Source of the DNA: Myxococcales bacterium
Lineage (GTDB): Bacteria; Myxococcota_A; Polyangia; Polyangiales; DASUME01
NCBI GenBank assembly: GCA_047601445.1
Contig: JASGJH010000001.1
Coordinates: 1,504,001-1,568,000, forward strand
Reading direction: 5' to 3'
Length of the DNA: 64,000 nt
A program made the position numbers and the translations under genes. Shown here in pieces: positions 1 through 8,935 of the stretch (positions within the stretch are counted from its first letter, which is position 1; every line of letters starts with the position of its first letter). The notes under the pieces were generated by a model. That model was not told the origin of the DNA. It saw only the letters and a program-made list of their open reading frames with translations, and ran no database searches.

Positions 1-117
1 GAGCCAGGCCCATGCCGCGAGCCCCAGATTCAAACCAGCCTTATCGAGCCACAGCGCACGCATCTTCACCAAGTCTCCTTGGCTGCTTGGTACGGACGTC
101 GCGCGCGCTCTCTCTTC

Positions 118-1287
118 CTAAGACTTTCCTATGTCGGCCTTACGCGCCCCGCCGACGGTCCCATGACGGCGCGCGATGGCCTCGGCGATGCGTCGCGCCT
201 CACGGCCAATCTCACGCAACATGCCGGTAGGGGAGACATAGAAGCCGCAGACGTATAAGCCGGGCATGATCTCCGCCCCGCTCTGCCGGGGCGCCCCCTG
301 ATCGAGCGGAGCCGAACGCGGCAAGAACTCGTCGAGCCCTGGCTTGAAGCCAGTCGCCAACACCAGCGCGTCGAATGCACGCGTGGATCCGTCGCTGAAG
401 CGCAGGTGCCCCGGCGCCAGCGACACCACGCCCGGCACCACGCCGATGCGTCCCTCACGGATGCCACGCATGGTGCCCACGTCGAGCAGCGGAATGCGTC
501 CCGTGCTGCGGATCTGGCCCAGCGGTCCGTAGGGCAAACGGCGCAGACCGAGGCGCTTGAGGGAGCCGAACGAGAGCCAGGAGACCAGCTTGCCGATGCC
601 GTCCGCGAGCCAGAGCGGCAAGAGCCCTAGCACGATGGACCAGGCCAGGATCGGGATGCCCATGAAGTCACGGGGCACCACGTTGACGGGGCTGCGCACG
701 GAGATGGCCGGGTGTGCACCGTGCTCCATCAGGTCCAGCGCGATTTCGCCGCCCGAGTTGCCGATGCCCACCACCAACACCGAGCGCCCCGCGAAGCTGC
801 GCCCATTCCGATAGCTCGCGCTGTGCAGCACCGGTCCACCGAAGGCGTCGAGTCCCGGCCAGCGGGGCAGCACGGGAACACGCGCATAGCCGGTAGCCAC
901 CACCACCTGGGCCGCACGAAACTGCTCGCCGTTGTCGCAGCGGATGGACCAGCGACCGTCAGGCTCGGAGGCGAGTGCGGTCACCTTACGTCCAAAGCGC
1001 GGGCTCAGACCGTGCGCATCCGAGTAGGCCTGGAGATAGCTCACGACCTGGTCGCGCGACGGGTAGCGCGGAACGTCGGCTGCAAAGTCCAGGTCTGGTA
1101 GCGTCGAGAGCGACTTGCTGGTGTGCAGGTGCAAGCGGTCGTAGCGGCCACGCCAGGCATCCCCCACCTGGTCGGCGCCCTCGAGCAGCTCGGTTCGCAG
1201 CCCAGCGCGCTTCAGACAGGCCGCACAGGCGAGCCCCGCGGCACCCGCACCGATGATCACGACATCCGTCTCCGTGGCTTCGACCAT
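118..1287 (-). CDS. Flavin-containing monooxygenase (class B, YUCCA-like)
   Basis: FAD motif GAGAAG, FMO motif FGGPVLHSASY (FxGxxxHxxxY), NADPH motif GIGNSG, ATGY/ATGF motifs, and WRGRYDRLHLHT. Confidence 0.9.
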   Translation of the reverse strand: MVEATETDVVIIGAGAAGLACAACLKRAGLRTELLEGADQVGDAWRGRYDRLHLHTSKSLSTLPDLDFAADVPRYPSRDQVVSYLQAYSDAHGLSPRFGRKVTALASEPDGRWSIRCDNGEQFRAAQVVVATGYARVPVLPRWPGLDAFGGPVLHSASYRNGRSFAGRSVLVVGIGNSGGEIALDLMEHGAHPAISVRSPVNVVPRDFMGIPILAWSIVLGLLPLWLADGIGKLVSWLSFGSLKRLGLRRLPYGPLGQIRSTGRIPLLDVGTMRGIREGRIGVVPGVVSLAPGHLRFSDGSTRAFDALVLATGFKPGLDEFLPRSAPLDQGAPRQSGAEIMPGLYVCGFYVSPTGMLREIGREARRIAEAIARRHGTVGGARKADIGKS

Positions 1288-1410
1288 GCTTCACTCACTG
1301 GCTCAAGCGCGCGAAGAACGCGGGTTCGTGCTGCGGATCTCTCCCCATCACTGGGACAAGAGATGTGCGCTCCATGGTTCGGAAGCGCTGACAGGGCCCA
1401 CGCAAGGTGA

Positions 1411-1427
1411 CTGGCACCGCGCTCGCA
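1411..1427 (+). promoter_or_regulatory. Candidate sigma-54 (-24/-12) promoter
   Basis: CTGGCACCGCGCTCGCA fits TGGCAC-N5-TTGC with exact GG-N10-GC spacing, about 70 nt upstream of the ATG at 1500. Confidence 0.5.
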
Positions 1428-1499
1428 AGACGTCGCTGCTCCGCTCATTCTTTCGTCGAGCGCGACTCGATGCCACCGTTAGAATCGATCGGGGGTGCC

Positions 1500-2279
1500 A
1501 TGAGCCTGCGATTCAAGTTGGACCGTATCCGTCGTTACAGCGGCAGGTTGGGACTCCGCGAGGCGACGCGTCTCGAGCTGCTGTGGTCGACCCCAATTCC
1601 GCGCGTGGATGTGCGCGTGCCCGGGCACCACGAGCCCTTCACGCTGCGCCGTAGGGGCTCCGATTTGGCCGTCTTCGAGACGGTATTCGTGGAGCAGGAG
1701 CTGGCGCTCGAGCTGCCCCGTGCGCCACGCTTGATCATCGATGGCGGAGCCAACGTGGGACTGTCCACCGCCTTTTTCGCGCAGCGCTACCCGACCTCGC
1801 ACATCATCGCCGTGGAGCCCGACCGGACCAAGCTGCAGCTCCTACGGCGCAATTGCCGGGGCTACACCAATGTGAGCGTGGTCGAGGGCGGACTGTGGCC
1901 CGTGAGTGGCGCGCTGCGGATCGCCAATCCTCACGATGAGCCCTCGACATTCCGTTGCGAGCTCGCCGAACCAGGCTCGCCAGACACCTTCCCTGCCTAT
2001 GCCATCGCGGACCTGATCCGTCATGCGGGCTTCACCACCTGTGATTTGCTCAAGCTCGACGTGGAGGGCGCCGAAGAGTTCTTGTTCAACGACGCGAGCC
2101 CCTGGCTCGATCGTGTGCAGTGCATCCTGGTGGAGACCCACTCCGAGCGAGGGCATCGGGCCATGCTGGAGGCCTGCCCCAGCTCACGCTGGAACCGCGA
2201 CGTGCGCGGAGAGAAAGCGATCCTGATGGCGCGGAGGGACTTGCGGGAGGCGGAGCCGGTGACGCTAAAGGGGTTGTAG
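1500..2279 (+). CDS. FkbM-family SAM-dependent methyltransferase
   Basis: IIDGGANVGLS, IIAVEPD and LLKLDVEGAE motifs; ATG at 1500 preferred over the ORF-track start at 1407. Confidence 0.88.
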   Translation: MSLRFKLDRIRRYSGRLGLREATRLELLWSTPIPRVDVRVPGHHEPFTLRRRGSDLAVFETVFVEQELALELPRAPRLIIDGGANVGLSTAFFAQRYPTSHIIAVEPDRTKLQLLRRNCRGYTNVSVVEGGLWPVSGALRIANPHDEPSTFRCELAEPGSPDTFPAYAIADLIRHAGFTTCDLLKLDVEGAEEFLFNDASPWLDRVQCILVETHSERGHRAMLEACPSSRWNRDVRGEKAILMARRDLREAEPVTLKGL

Positions 2280-2331
2280 CGGGCGAGCCTGAAGGATCAG
2301 CACGAACAGGGTACGCCGGCGGCCACTGGCC

Positions 2332-3591
2332 TCAAGGGCTGACCGACTGCTGCCAAAATACGACTTCCGAGTTGCGGTTGGCAACGAAGGACACGCCGCC
2401 GTCGTGGGAGATCACGATGGCCAAACCGTTGGGATGATCCTTCACGAAGCGATAGGCCGCGCGGTGACGGGTGCCGACGTTCTCGATGTCGTCTGGTACC
2501 AAGGACCCGCCCTCGGTGTCGAGCGCTCGGAAGACCTGCGTGGGCGCGGGCAGCTCGGCCGAGACTTCGGCGCCGAACCCGATCAGCCCGAAGCGTTTGT
2601 CGAGCACCACGGCTCCGTCGATCGCCGTGAGGTTGGCCACCAGCCGACTCAGCTCGAACACCCGCTGTTCGAGGCGCTCCAGACCTGGGCTCTGATCGAG
2701 CGCAAAGTCCGCCCACCCCACCGAGCTCTTGGTGCTGGCCGCGGCCACGTACTCGAGGATCTGAAAGAGCAGCGTGCGGTAGCGATAGGCCGGTTCGTCC
2801 GGCCCAAAGCGATACTTCAAGCGCAACCCGCCCAGCTCCGCCGCCCCTGAATCCGCCCGATCGACCACCAGGATCAACCCGCCGTGACGCGCCCCACGCA
2901 CGAGCTGGATCACACGGCGCAACATGTGCTGGCTCACGCGCCCAACCAGCGAATGCTCCGCCAGGGTGGGTGACACCGCCTGCGCCTGCAGCGCGGCGTG
3001 CTCGGCCTGGATGTGCTCCCGCTCCCGCGCGAACATCGCCGACAGCCACTCGGCGTCGAACACGTCGATCATCGCGTCCACCACCAAGCCACGCTCGAGG
3101 GCGCCGACGAGCTTGCCCGCGCAACGCACGGCGAGCTGCCCCGGCCCCGTGACGTGCACGATGGGATCGAAAGTCCAGTTGGGCACCACGCTGCGGCCGC
3201 CCCAGGTCGGGGCGAGCCAGGCCGGACCCGAGTGGGCGATACCCCAGATGCGCAGGCGCTTGTCCTCCACGTGAGCGCCGATCAAGGAGGTCTCGAATTG
3301 CGCGGCCGGGCTCAACCGGCGCAGCTCATCGGGCACCAAGGCACGGCTGCGATCGAAGCGCAGACGCAAGACGCCCTCGTTGGGCACACCGCCTTCGGGC
3401 AACGCGCTGAGCGGCGTGAGCAGCAGACGAAAGCGCGTGGGCCTCCCCTCCTCCGACGTGAGCGAAGCCTGAAACGCGGCGGAGAGGGCCTCGTCGAAGA
3501 GCTTGCTTTCGAGTGGAAAACCTTCCTGGGTGGGCCAATTGGCTTCCACGTAACGAGCCAGGTCGGGTGGATAGGCGTGTCCACGTGCCAT
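2332..3591 (-). CDS. Diadenylate cyclase (DisA_N/DAC domain) protein with N-terminal putative sensor region (DACNV-like)
   Basis: C-terminal DGA (2611-2619) and GTRHRAA (RHR at 2461-2469) motifs followed by AIVISHDG; N-terminal AFQASLTSEEGRPTRF segment as in DACNV-type proteins; no TM helix. Confidence 0.8.
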   Translation of the reverse strand: MARGHAYPPDLARYVEANWPTQEGFPLESKLFDEALSAAFQASLTSEEGRPTRFRLLLTPLSALPEGGVPNEGVLRLRFDRSRALVPDELRRLSPAAQFETSLIGAHVEDKRLRIWGIAHSGPAWLAPTWGGRSVVPNWTFDPIVHVTGPGQLAVRCAGKLVGALERGLVVDAMIDVFDAEWLSAMFAREREHIQAEHAALQAQAVSPTLAEHSLVGRVSQHMLRRVIQLVRGARHGGLILVVDRADSGAAELGGLRLKYRFGPDEPAYRYRTLLFQILEYVAAASTKSSVGWADFALDQSPGLERLEQRVFELSRLVANLTAIDGAVVLDKRFGLIGFGAEVSAELPAPTQVFRALDTEGGSLVPDDIENVGTRHRAAYRFVKDHPNGLAIVISHDGGVSFVANRNSEVVFWQQSVSP

Positions 3592-3653
3592 CTCCCAAGC
3601 ATGGCCCGAAGCCCCCCGCGCGCTACGCCGCGCCGGGCCAGGGTGAAGGACGG

Positions 3654-3917
3654 CTCCTAGTCGCCGTCGGAAGCGGCTTCCTTGGCGAGGGGATCTATTT
3701 GAAGGGGCAGCTCAACGACTATCAGTGTCCCTACGGCCAGACCTGCGAGCGCGACAACTCCCAGGGACGCCCTCAGCTCATCATCGGCTCGGTCACCATG
3801 CTCGCGAGCATCGTGGTGGGCGCCATCCTGACGACCAAGCGCGACCAGGCTTTCGCACGCGCCATGAAGACCTTCTCGCTCGATGCACCGCGACGCGACG
3901 TCAGCCAGGTGAAGTGA
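3654..3917 (+). pseudogene. Probable 3' remnant of a membrane protein gene (hydrophobic segment, Cys loop, hydrophobic segment)
   Basis: Coding-like frame LLVAVGSGFLGEGIY...CPYGQTC...LIIGSVTMLASIVVGAILTT ends at a stop at 3917; no in-frame start codon between the DAC gene start and the first hydrophobic segment. Confidence 0.35.
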
Positions 3918-3929
3918 CGCAACGACGGC

Positions 3930-5180
3930 TCAAAAGCCGCCACACACATTCGGTACGCCACCGCCGCCGCACGTCTGCGGGTTCACGCACGCGCCGCAAT
4001 TCAGCTGCCCGCCGCAGCCGTCGGGAACGAGACCGCACTGAGCATTGAGTTCGTTGCAGGTCTTCGGTACGCAGGTCGGGATCCCGCTGTCGACGCCGCC
4101 ATCACGCGTCACGCCCGCGTCGGACATGGCCATGACTTCGCCGGTCGCAGGATCGCACGGGATACCGTCCGTGTACCCGAGGGTGCCGGCGTTGGGGTCG
4201 AGGCCTGCCTGGATTGGATCAGGGCAGCCGTAGCCGAAGTCGAACTCGGAGGTGCCCACCCGAACGCGGGTGAAGTCCGCGCTGCAACGGCCCGCGTAGG
4301 TGCAGCAACCGTGCAGCGTCGCTAGCCCGTCAACGCCATTCAGTTGGGTGGTGAAGAGGCCGTCGACAGCTCCCTGATCAAATCCATCGTCCGTCTGGTC
4401 CCAACGCGCACCGCAGCTGTCCGAAGCCACGCCGGGGGCGGCGGCCACCACGCAGCCCGGCGACCCCGGAAGGCTCTCGCCGTCGAGGCCGCACACGCTA
4501 TCCGCCGTGCAACAGGCCCTCAGGCTCCCGCCCGGGATGCTGCGCGGCCCGCAGCTCAGCGTGCCGCAGCGAATCACCGACGGGCCTGCGTCGTTCCCCG
4601 TGCCCGCGTCGGGCCTGGCGCCAGCATCGAGCCCTGCGTCCGTGCTGGCCACGGGCCCCGTCACTTCGATGAGCGCGTAGGGAGACAGATGCTTGGTGGT
4701 CCCCGACAGTCCCTTGGTCTGAGGGTCGAGCTTGCGGTCGGCGATGGGCACCCATTTGTCGTCCACCACCGTGGCCACCGCCAGGGTCTTCGGGTCCTTG
4801 GTCGCGCTCTCCTTGTCCGAGTCCACCTTGAGGGCGATGGTGACCGGCTTCTTGAACTGCGTCCCGCTCGGTCCGATTTCCCAGACTTGCCCGACCGAGC
4901 CATTCACGCTCGGTTCAGCCTTGCCCACCGTGATCTTCACGTCGCTGTCGAGCGCGCCCGCGGGGACGGCCACCGACAGCTCGCCCTTCGGGGTCGCGAT
5001 GGTGCCGCCGCCCACGCCAACCTCCTTCTCGACCACCACCACGATCACCGTATGCTCGCGCACGATGGTCTGACCGCCATCACAGCCCGCAGACGCAAAC
5101 AGGAAGATCGCCCAGAGCTGGACGCCCGCCCGCACCAGGCCGATTGCGTGCTTGGTGGTGGAGTTCGACAGGAGCTTCAT
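3930..5180 (-). CDS. Secreted lipoprotein with ZU5-like domain and Cys-rich C-terminus
   Basis: Lipobox-like FASAGC; ZU5-like GGTI...VPAGAL...EIGPSGTQFKKPVTI...KHLS; DAG linker repeats; myxobacterial CVPKTC...CG..PDGCGG.LNCG.C motif. Confidence 0.75.
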   Translation of the reverse strand: MKLLSNSTTKHAIGLVRAGVQLWAIFLFASAGCDGGQTIVREHTVIVVVVEKEVGVGGGTIATPKGELSVAVPAGALDSDVKITVGKAEPSVNGSVGQVWEIGPSGTQFKKPVTIALKVDSDKESATKDPKTLAVATVVDDKWVPIADRKLDPQTKGLSGTTKHLSPYALIEVTGPVASTDAGLDAGARPDAGTGNDAGPSVIRCGTLSCGPRSIPGGSLRACCTADSVCGLDGESLPGSPGCVVAAAPGVASDSCGARWDQTDDGFDQGAVDGLFTTQLNGVDGLATLHGCCTYAGRCSADFTRVRVGTSEFDFGYGCPDPIQAGLDPNAGTLGYTDGIPCDPATGEVMAMSDAGVTRDGGVDSGIPTCVPKTCNELNAQCGLVPDGCGGQLNCGACVNPQTCGGGGVPNVCGGF

Positions 5181-5277
5181 GCGGACGCCATGGTAACCCC
5201 AGCCGCCGTCCCACCCAAGACTCAGGTGATGAGTCCGATCGCTCCAGGGTCCAAAAACAGACTCTTACTGCGCAAGC

Positions 5278-6849
5278 TCACGCCTGGGCGGCCTCGGATG
5301 GCGTTCCTTGCCGGCCTCCTTCGTGGGCCAGATGCCCTGCCATGTACCCGCCAATCTCTCCCGGGTGGGTGTCCCGGGGCGCCCGTTCGAACACGATGTC
5401 GCCGTCGAAGATCACGCACAGGCGATCGGAGAGCTCCAGGAGCTCATCGAGATCCTCGCTGATCAACAGCACGGCGGCCCCACGATTGCGCGCGTCCACG
5501 AGGCGCGCGCGGATCTCGGCCGAGGTCGCGAAGTCGAGGCCGAAGCACGGATTGGCCACGATGAGTAGCTTGGCGTCCGATGCGAGCTCGCGTGCCAGCA
5601 CCGCGCGCTGGATATTGCCCCCCGAGAGATCGCGGATCGGTGACTCCGCCGAGGGAGCCTTCACATTGAAGGCCTCGATGGCGCGGGCCGCCTGCTGAGC
5701 GATGCGTGCCCGGGACACGAACCAGCGCCCGCGCAGGATGGGCGGCACGTCGTAGTCGCGCAGCACCAGGTTCTCGCTCACGCTCATGGCAGGGACCGCG
5801 CCGTTGTCGAGCGGCACCTCGGGTACCACGAAGACACGCTGACCGCGGAACTCCTCCCGCGTGGCCGAGAAGGACCGACCATTTACGCGGACCTCTCCCG
5901 CCCGCAGTCGGCGCTGGCCGCAGATCACCTCCACGAGCTCGCGTTGTCCGTTGCCCGACACGCCCGCGATGCCCACGATCTCGCCAGCGTTCACCGAGAG
6001 CGAGAGCCCACGCAGGGCCGGCGTGCCGGTGTCGTCCAGCGCCGTGAGCTTCTCGAGCTCGAGCCGCGGCTCGCTGTGCGTGCTCAGCGCGCGCGGCGCC
6101 GGACTGCGCAACGTGGCGTTGCCCACCATCAAGCGCGACATTTCGGGCACGTCGAGCTCGGCGATGGGGCGACTCGCGACCAGGGCTCCGCGGCGCAGGA
6201 TCGATACGTGGTCGGCATAACCCGTCACTTCACGGAACTTGTGCGTGATCATGACCACCGTCAGAGCCCCTTGCTGGGTCAGACCATGCAGCAGCGACAG
6301 CACTTCGTCGGACTCGCTCGGCGTGAGCACCGAGGTGGGTTCGTCCAGAAACAGCAAGCTGCGCTTCAGGTAGAGCTGCTTGAGGATCTCGAGCTTCTGC
6401 TTTTCCCCTGCCGACAGGCTGTGCACAGGCACCTTGAGCGGGACCCGGAACGGCATGCGCTCCATGAACGACGCGAGCTCGCTGTGCTCGCGTTTCCAAT
6501 CCACGACGGCGGGGACCTCGTCGCGCACCAGCACCAGGTTCTCGGCCACGCTCATGTTCTCCACCAGCGTGAAGCGCTGGTACACCATGCCGAGACCGCG
6601 CCGATGGGCCTCGCGCGTGTTGCGGAACGACACCTCCTGCCCATGCAGGGCGATGCTACCGGAGCTCGCCCCCTGGTAGCCGATGACGCACTTGACCAGC
6701 GTGCTCTTGCCGGCGCCGTTTTCCCCGAGGAGCGCGTGGAACGAACCCACCCGCACCTGCATCGACACGTCGTCGAGCGCCCTGAAGTCGCCGAAGCTCT
6801 TGGTGAGCCGGCGTAACTCGAGATGCGGTGGCGTCATGGCTTCCTTCAT
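5278..6849 (-). CDS. ABC transporter ATP-binding protein (two NBDs, sugar/nucleoside CUT2 type)
   Basis: Walker A GENGAGKST, LSAGEKQ, LFLDEPT; second NBD GVSGNGQ and LSGGN; ATG at 6849 overlaps the upstream permease stop (ATGA). Confidence 0.93.
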   Translation of the reverse strand: MKEAMTPPHLELRRLTKSFGDFRALDDVSMQVRVGSFHALLGENGAGKSTLVKCVIGYQGASSGSIALHGQEVSFRNTREAHRRGLGMVYQRFTLVENMSVAENLVLVRDEVPAVVDWKREHSELASFMERMPFRVPLKVPVHSLSAGEKQKLEILKQLYLKRSLLFLDEPTSVLTPSESDEVLSLLHGLTQQGALTVVMITHKFREVTGYADHVSILRRGALVASRPIAELDVPEMSRLMVGNATLRSPAPRALSTHSEPRLELEKLTALDDTGTPALRGLSLSVNAGEIVGIAGVSGNGQRELVEVICGQRRLRAGEVRVNGRSFSATREEFRGQRVFVVPEVPLDNGAVPAMSVSENLVLRDYDVPPILRGRWFVSRARIAQQAARAIEAFNVKAPSAESPIRDLSGGNIQRAVLARELASDAKLLIVANPCFGLDFATSAEIRARLVDARNRGAAVLLISEDLDELLELSDRLCVIFDGDIVFERAPRDTHPGEIGGYMAGHLAHEGGRQGTPSEAAQA

Positions 6850-7772
6850 TCGTTGAGGCTCAGTTCGCGCGGTGCGCCTGCCAATCTGCGCTCCGGCGAG
6901 CAGGTGAGGATCATGATCAGCAGCGTGAGCAACGCCGGCGCCGCCGCGAAGAGGTGATGGCTCACCGTGATGCCCGCAGCCTGCAGCGCGGGCCCGAGCG
7001 AGCCGGCCGCCCCGTAAAGCAACGAGGCGTAGAGGCAGTACACGGGGTTCCAGCGCGCGAAGATCACCAGCGCGACGGCGATCAACCCCTGACCGCTCGA
7101 GAGCCCTTCGTTCCAGACGCCCGGATAAAACAGCGAGAGCGACGCGCCGCCCACGCCCGAGAGAAAGCCGCCGGCACTCGTGGCCCACAGGCGCACCCGA
7201 CGTACGTCGTAGCCAAGGGCATTCGCGGCGTCCACGCTCTCGCCGGCCACGCGCAACACCAGGCCCAGGCGTGTACTGCGCAGCAGCCAGGCGAGACACG
7301 GAGCCAACACCAGCCCCAGCAGGAACAGTGGATTGATGCTGAGTGCTTCGCGCAGCGCGGGCGCCACGCCGGAACCCGCGAGCTGCACGGCTGGCAGCGC
7401 CGGTGCTTGAGGCTGGATCAGAGGCTTGCCCAGGTAGAATGCTAGACCCGTCCCAAACAGCATCATGGCGATGCCCACTGCGATGTCGCTGACGTGCTCG
7501 CGGCTGCAAAGCCAGGCATGCAGCGCCCCGCTGAGCACGCCGCACAGGCCCGCGGCGAGCACCCCAAGCCAGGGCGAGCCCGTGTGCAGGGATACGCCGT
7601 AGGCGCCCACCGCCCCCAACATCAAGGTGCCCTCCAGGCCGAGATTGATGCGCCCGGCCTTCTCCGTGAGCGTCTCACCGAGGCTGACGAATAGATACGG
7701 GGTGCTCGCTCGGATCATGCCGCCCAGCAGCGCCACCCCGATGCCCCACAGGCCCATGCTCTCGCCGCTCAC
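6846..7772 (-). CDS. ABC transporter permease (BPD_transp_2)
   Basis: EKAGRINLGLEG, LRVAGE and GQGLIAVALVIFARWNP motifs; multiple TM helices; 4-nt overlaps with both neighbours. Confidence 0.92.
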   Translation of the reverse strand: MSGESMGLWGIGVALLGGMIRASTPYLFVSLGETLTEKAGRINLGLEGTLMLGAVGAYGVSLHTGSPWLGVLAAGLCGVLSGALHAWLCSREHVSDIAVGIAMMLFGTGLAFYLGKPLIQPQAPALPAVQLAGSGVAPALREALSINPLFLLGLVLAPCLAWLLRSTRLGLVLRVAGESVDAANALGYDVRRVRLWATSAGGFLSGVGGASLSLFYPGVWNEGLSSGQGLIAVALVIFARWNPVYCLYASLLYGAAGSLGPALQAAGITVSHHLFAAAPALLTLLIMILTCSPERRLAGAPRELSLNE

Positions 7773-8935
7773 GACGCCTCCTCCAGCTTGGGTTCGAGCT
7801 CGGTCTCGCCAGTCGCCGAATCGGGCGCGTCCACGCTCTTCGCCACGCTCGGAACGAGGCTGGCCGCGGACCCACGCCTGAGTCGCGCACGCGCGCGCGC
7901 CAAATGGGTCTCACTGGCCAGGATCACCACAAACAAGAGCCCTTTGAAGACCTCCACGGCCGCATCCGGCAGTCCGTGGCGCCGCTGCAAGAGTCCACCG
8001 CTCGCCTGAACCCCCCCGAGCAGGATGGCCACGGGGATGATCGCCAGCGGACTGTGGCGCGCCACGAAGGCCACCAAAATGCCCGAAAAACCAAGTCCGG
8101 CGTAGAGGCTCGCGTTGGCTGCACCGTGCACGGCCAGCACCTCGCAAGCGCCCGCGACACCGGCCGCAGCCCCGCCGAGGGCACAGGTGAGCAGGATCAA
8201 GCGCGGCACACCCAAGCCGAGCAAGCGCGCCGCGCGCAGGTTGCCACCCACGATGCGCGCCGAGAAGCCGAAGCTCGTGTGCGCCATCAACACGTGGCAA
8301 ACGAGGCACAGGGCGATGCCGAAGACGAGCCCGTAGTGCACGTCGGTGCCCGGGATGGTGCCGAGGCGAAGGGGTTCGGCCACCGGATAGGTCGACGGCT
8401 TGTTGAGGCTACTCGGATCCCGCAGTGGACCCTCCACCAGGTAGAGGAAAAGGGAGAGCCCGATGTAGAACAGGAGCAAGCTGCTGATCGTCTCGTTGAC
8501 TCCGCGGTAGTGGCGCAGGCCCGCCACGATGCCGATCCAGAGCGCACCCGCGAGGGCCGACCCGAGTAGCAGCATCGGCAGGCCGAACCAGCCCGACACG
8601 CCCTCCCCCAACAGCATCGCGAAGCCGGCCGCTGCGAGGCCGCCCACCAGCAGAGCCCCCTCGTTCCCGATCACCACCAGTCCGAGTCGCGCAGGCAGCG
8701 CGGTGCAGAGCGCCGTCAGCATCAGGGGCGCGCCGCGCGAGAGCGCGTTCTCGACGGAGAAGCGCGAGCCGAAGGCGCCCACGGCCATATCGCCGAACAC
8801 CGCGAGCGGACTCACGCCCGCAACCAGCAGAAAGATCGCGAACAGACCCATCGCGCCGAGCACCGCGGAAAACTGGATGCCCAGCAGCGTGACGGGCGCG
8901 CGCAGACCTCTCACGACGCCGACGCTCGCGTTCAT
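7769..8935 (-). CDS. ABC transporter permease (BPD_transp_2)
   Basis: IGNEG, GVNETISSLLL and GFSGILVAF motifs; ATG at 8935 overlaps the stop of the substrate-binding protein gene. Confidence 0.9.
   Translation of the reverse strand: MNASVGVVRGLRAPVTLLGIQFSAVLGAMGLFAIFLLVAGVSPLAVFGDMAVGAFGSRFSVENALSRGAPLMLTALCTALPARLGLVVIGNEGALLVGGLAAAGFAMLLGEGVSGWFGLPMLLLGSALAGALWIGIVAGLRHYRGVNETISSLLLFYIGLSLFLYLVEGPLRDPSSLNKPSTYPVAEPLRLGTIPGTDVHYGLVFGIALCLVCHVLMAHTSFGFSARIVGGNLRAARLLGLGVPRLILLTCALGGAAAGVAGACEVLAVHGAANASLYAGLGFSGILVAFVARHSPLAIIPVAILLGGVQASGGLLQRRHGLPDAAVEVFKGLLFVVILASETHLARARARLRRGSAASLVPSVAKSVDAPDSATGETELEPKLEEAS

Noticed and set aside
1500..2279. FkbM methyltransferase plus FMO as a sign of a polyketide cluster
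   Set aside because: No PKS, NRPS or ACP genes occur in the window
3930..4075. C-terminal CVPKTC...CGGGG motif that databases often label 'tryptophan synthase alpha chain'
   Set aside because: It is a Cys-rich myxobacterial repeat with no TIM-barrel TrpA features
6850..7545. Long N-terminal extension of the ABC ATPase ORF (and of the 7769-9262, 32733, 43781 and 57505-58314 ORFs)
   Set aside because: The extensions overlap neighbouring genes or are low-complexity Arg/Ala-rich; internal starts with stop/start overlaps or signal peptides fit better
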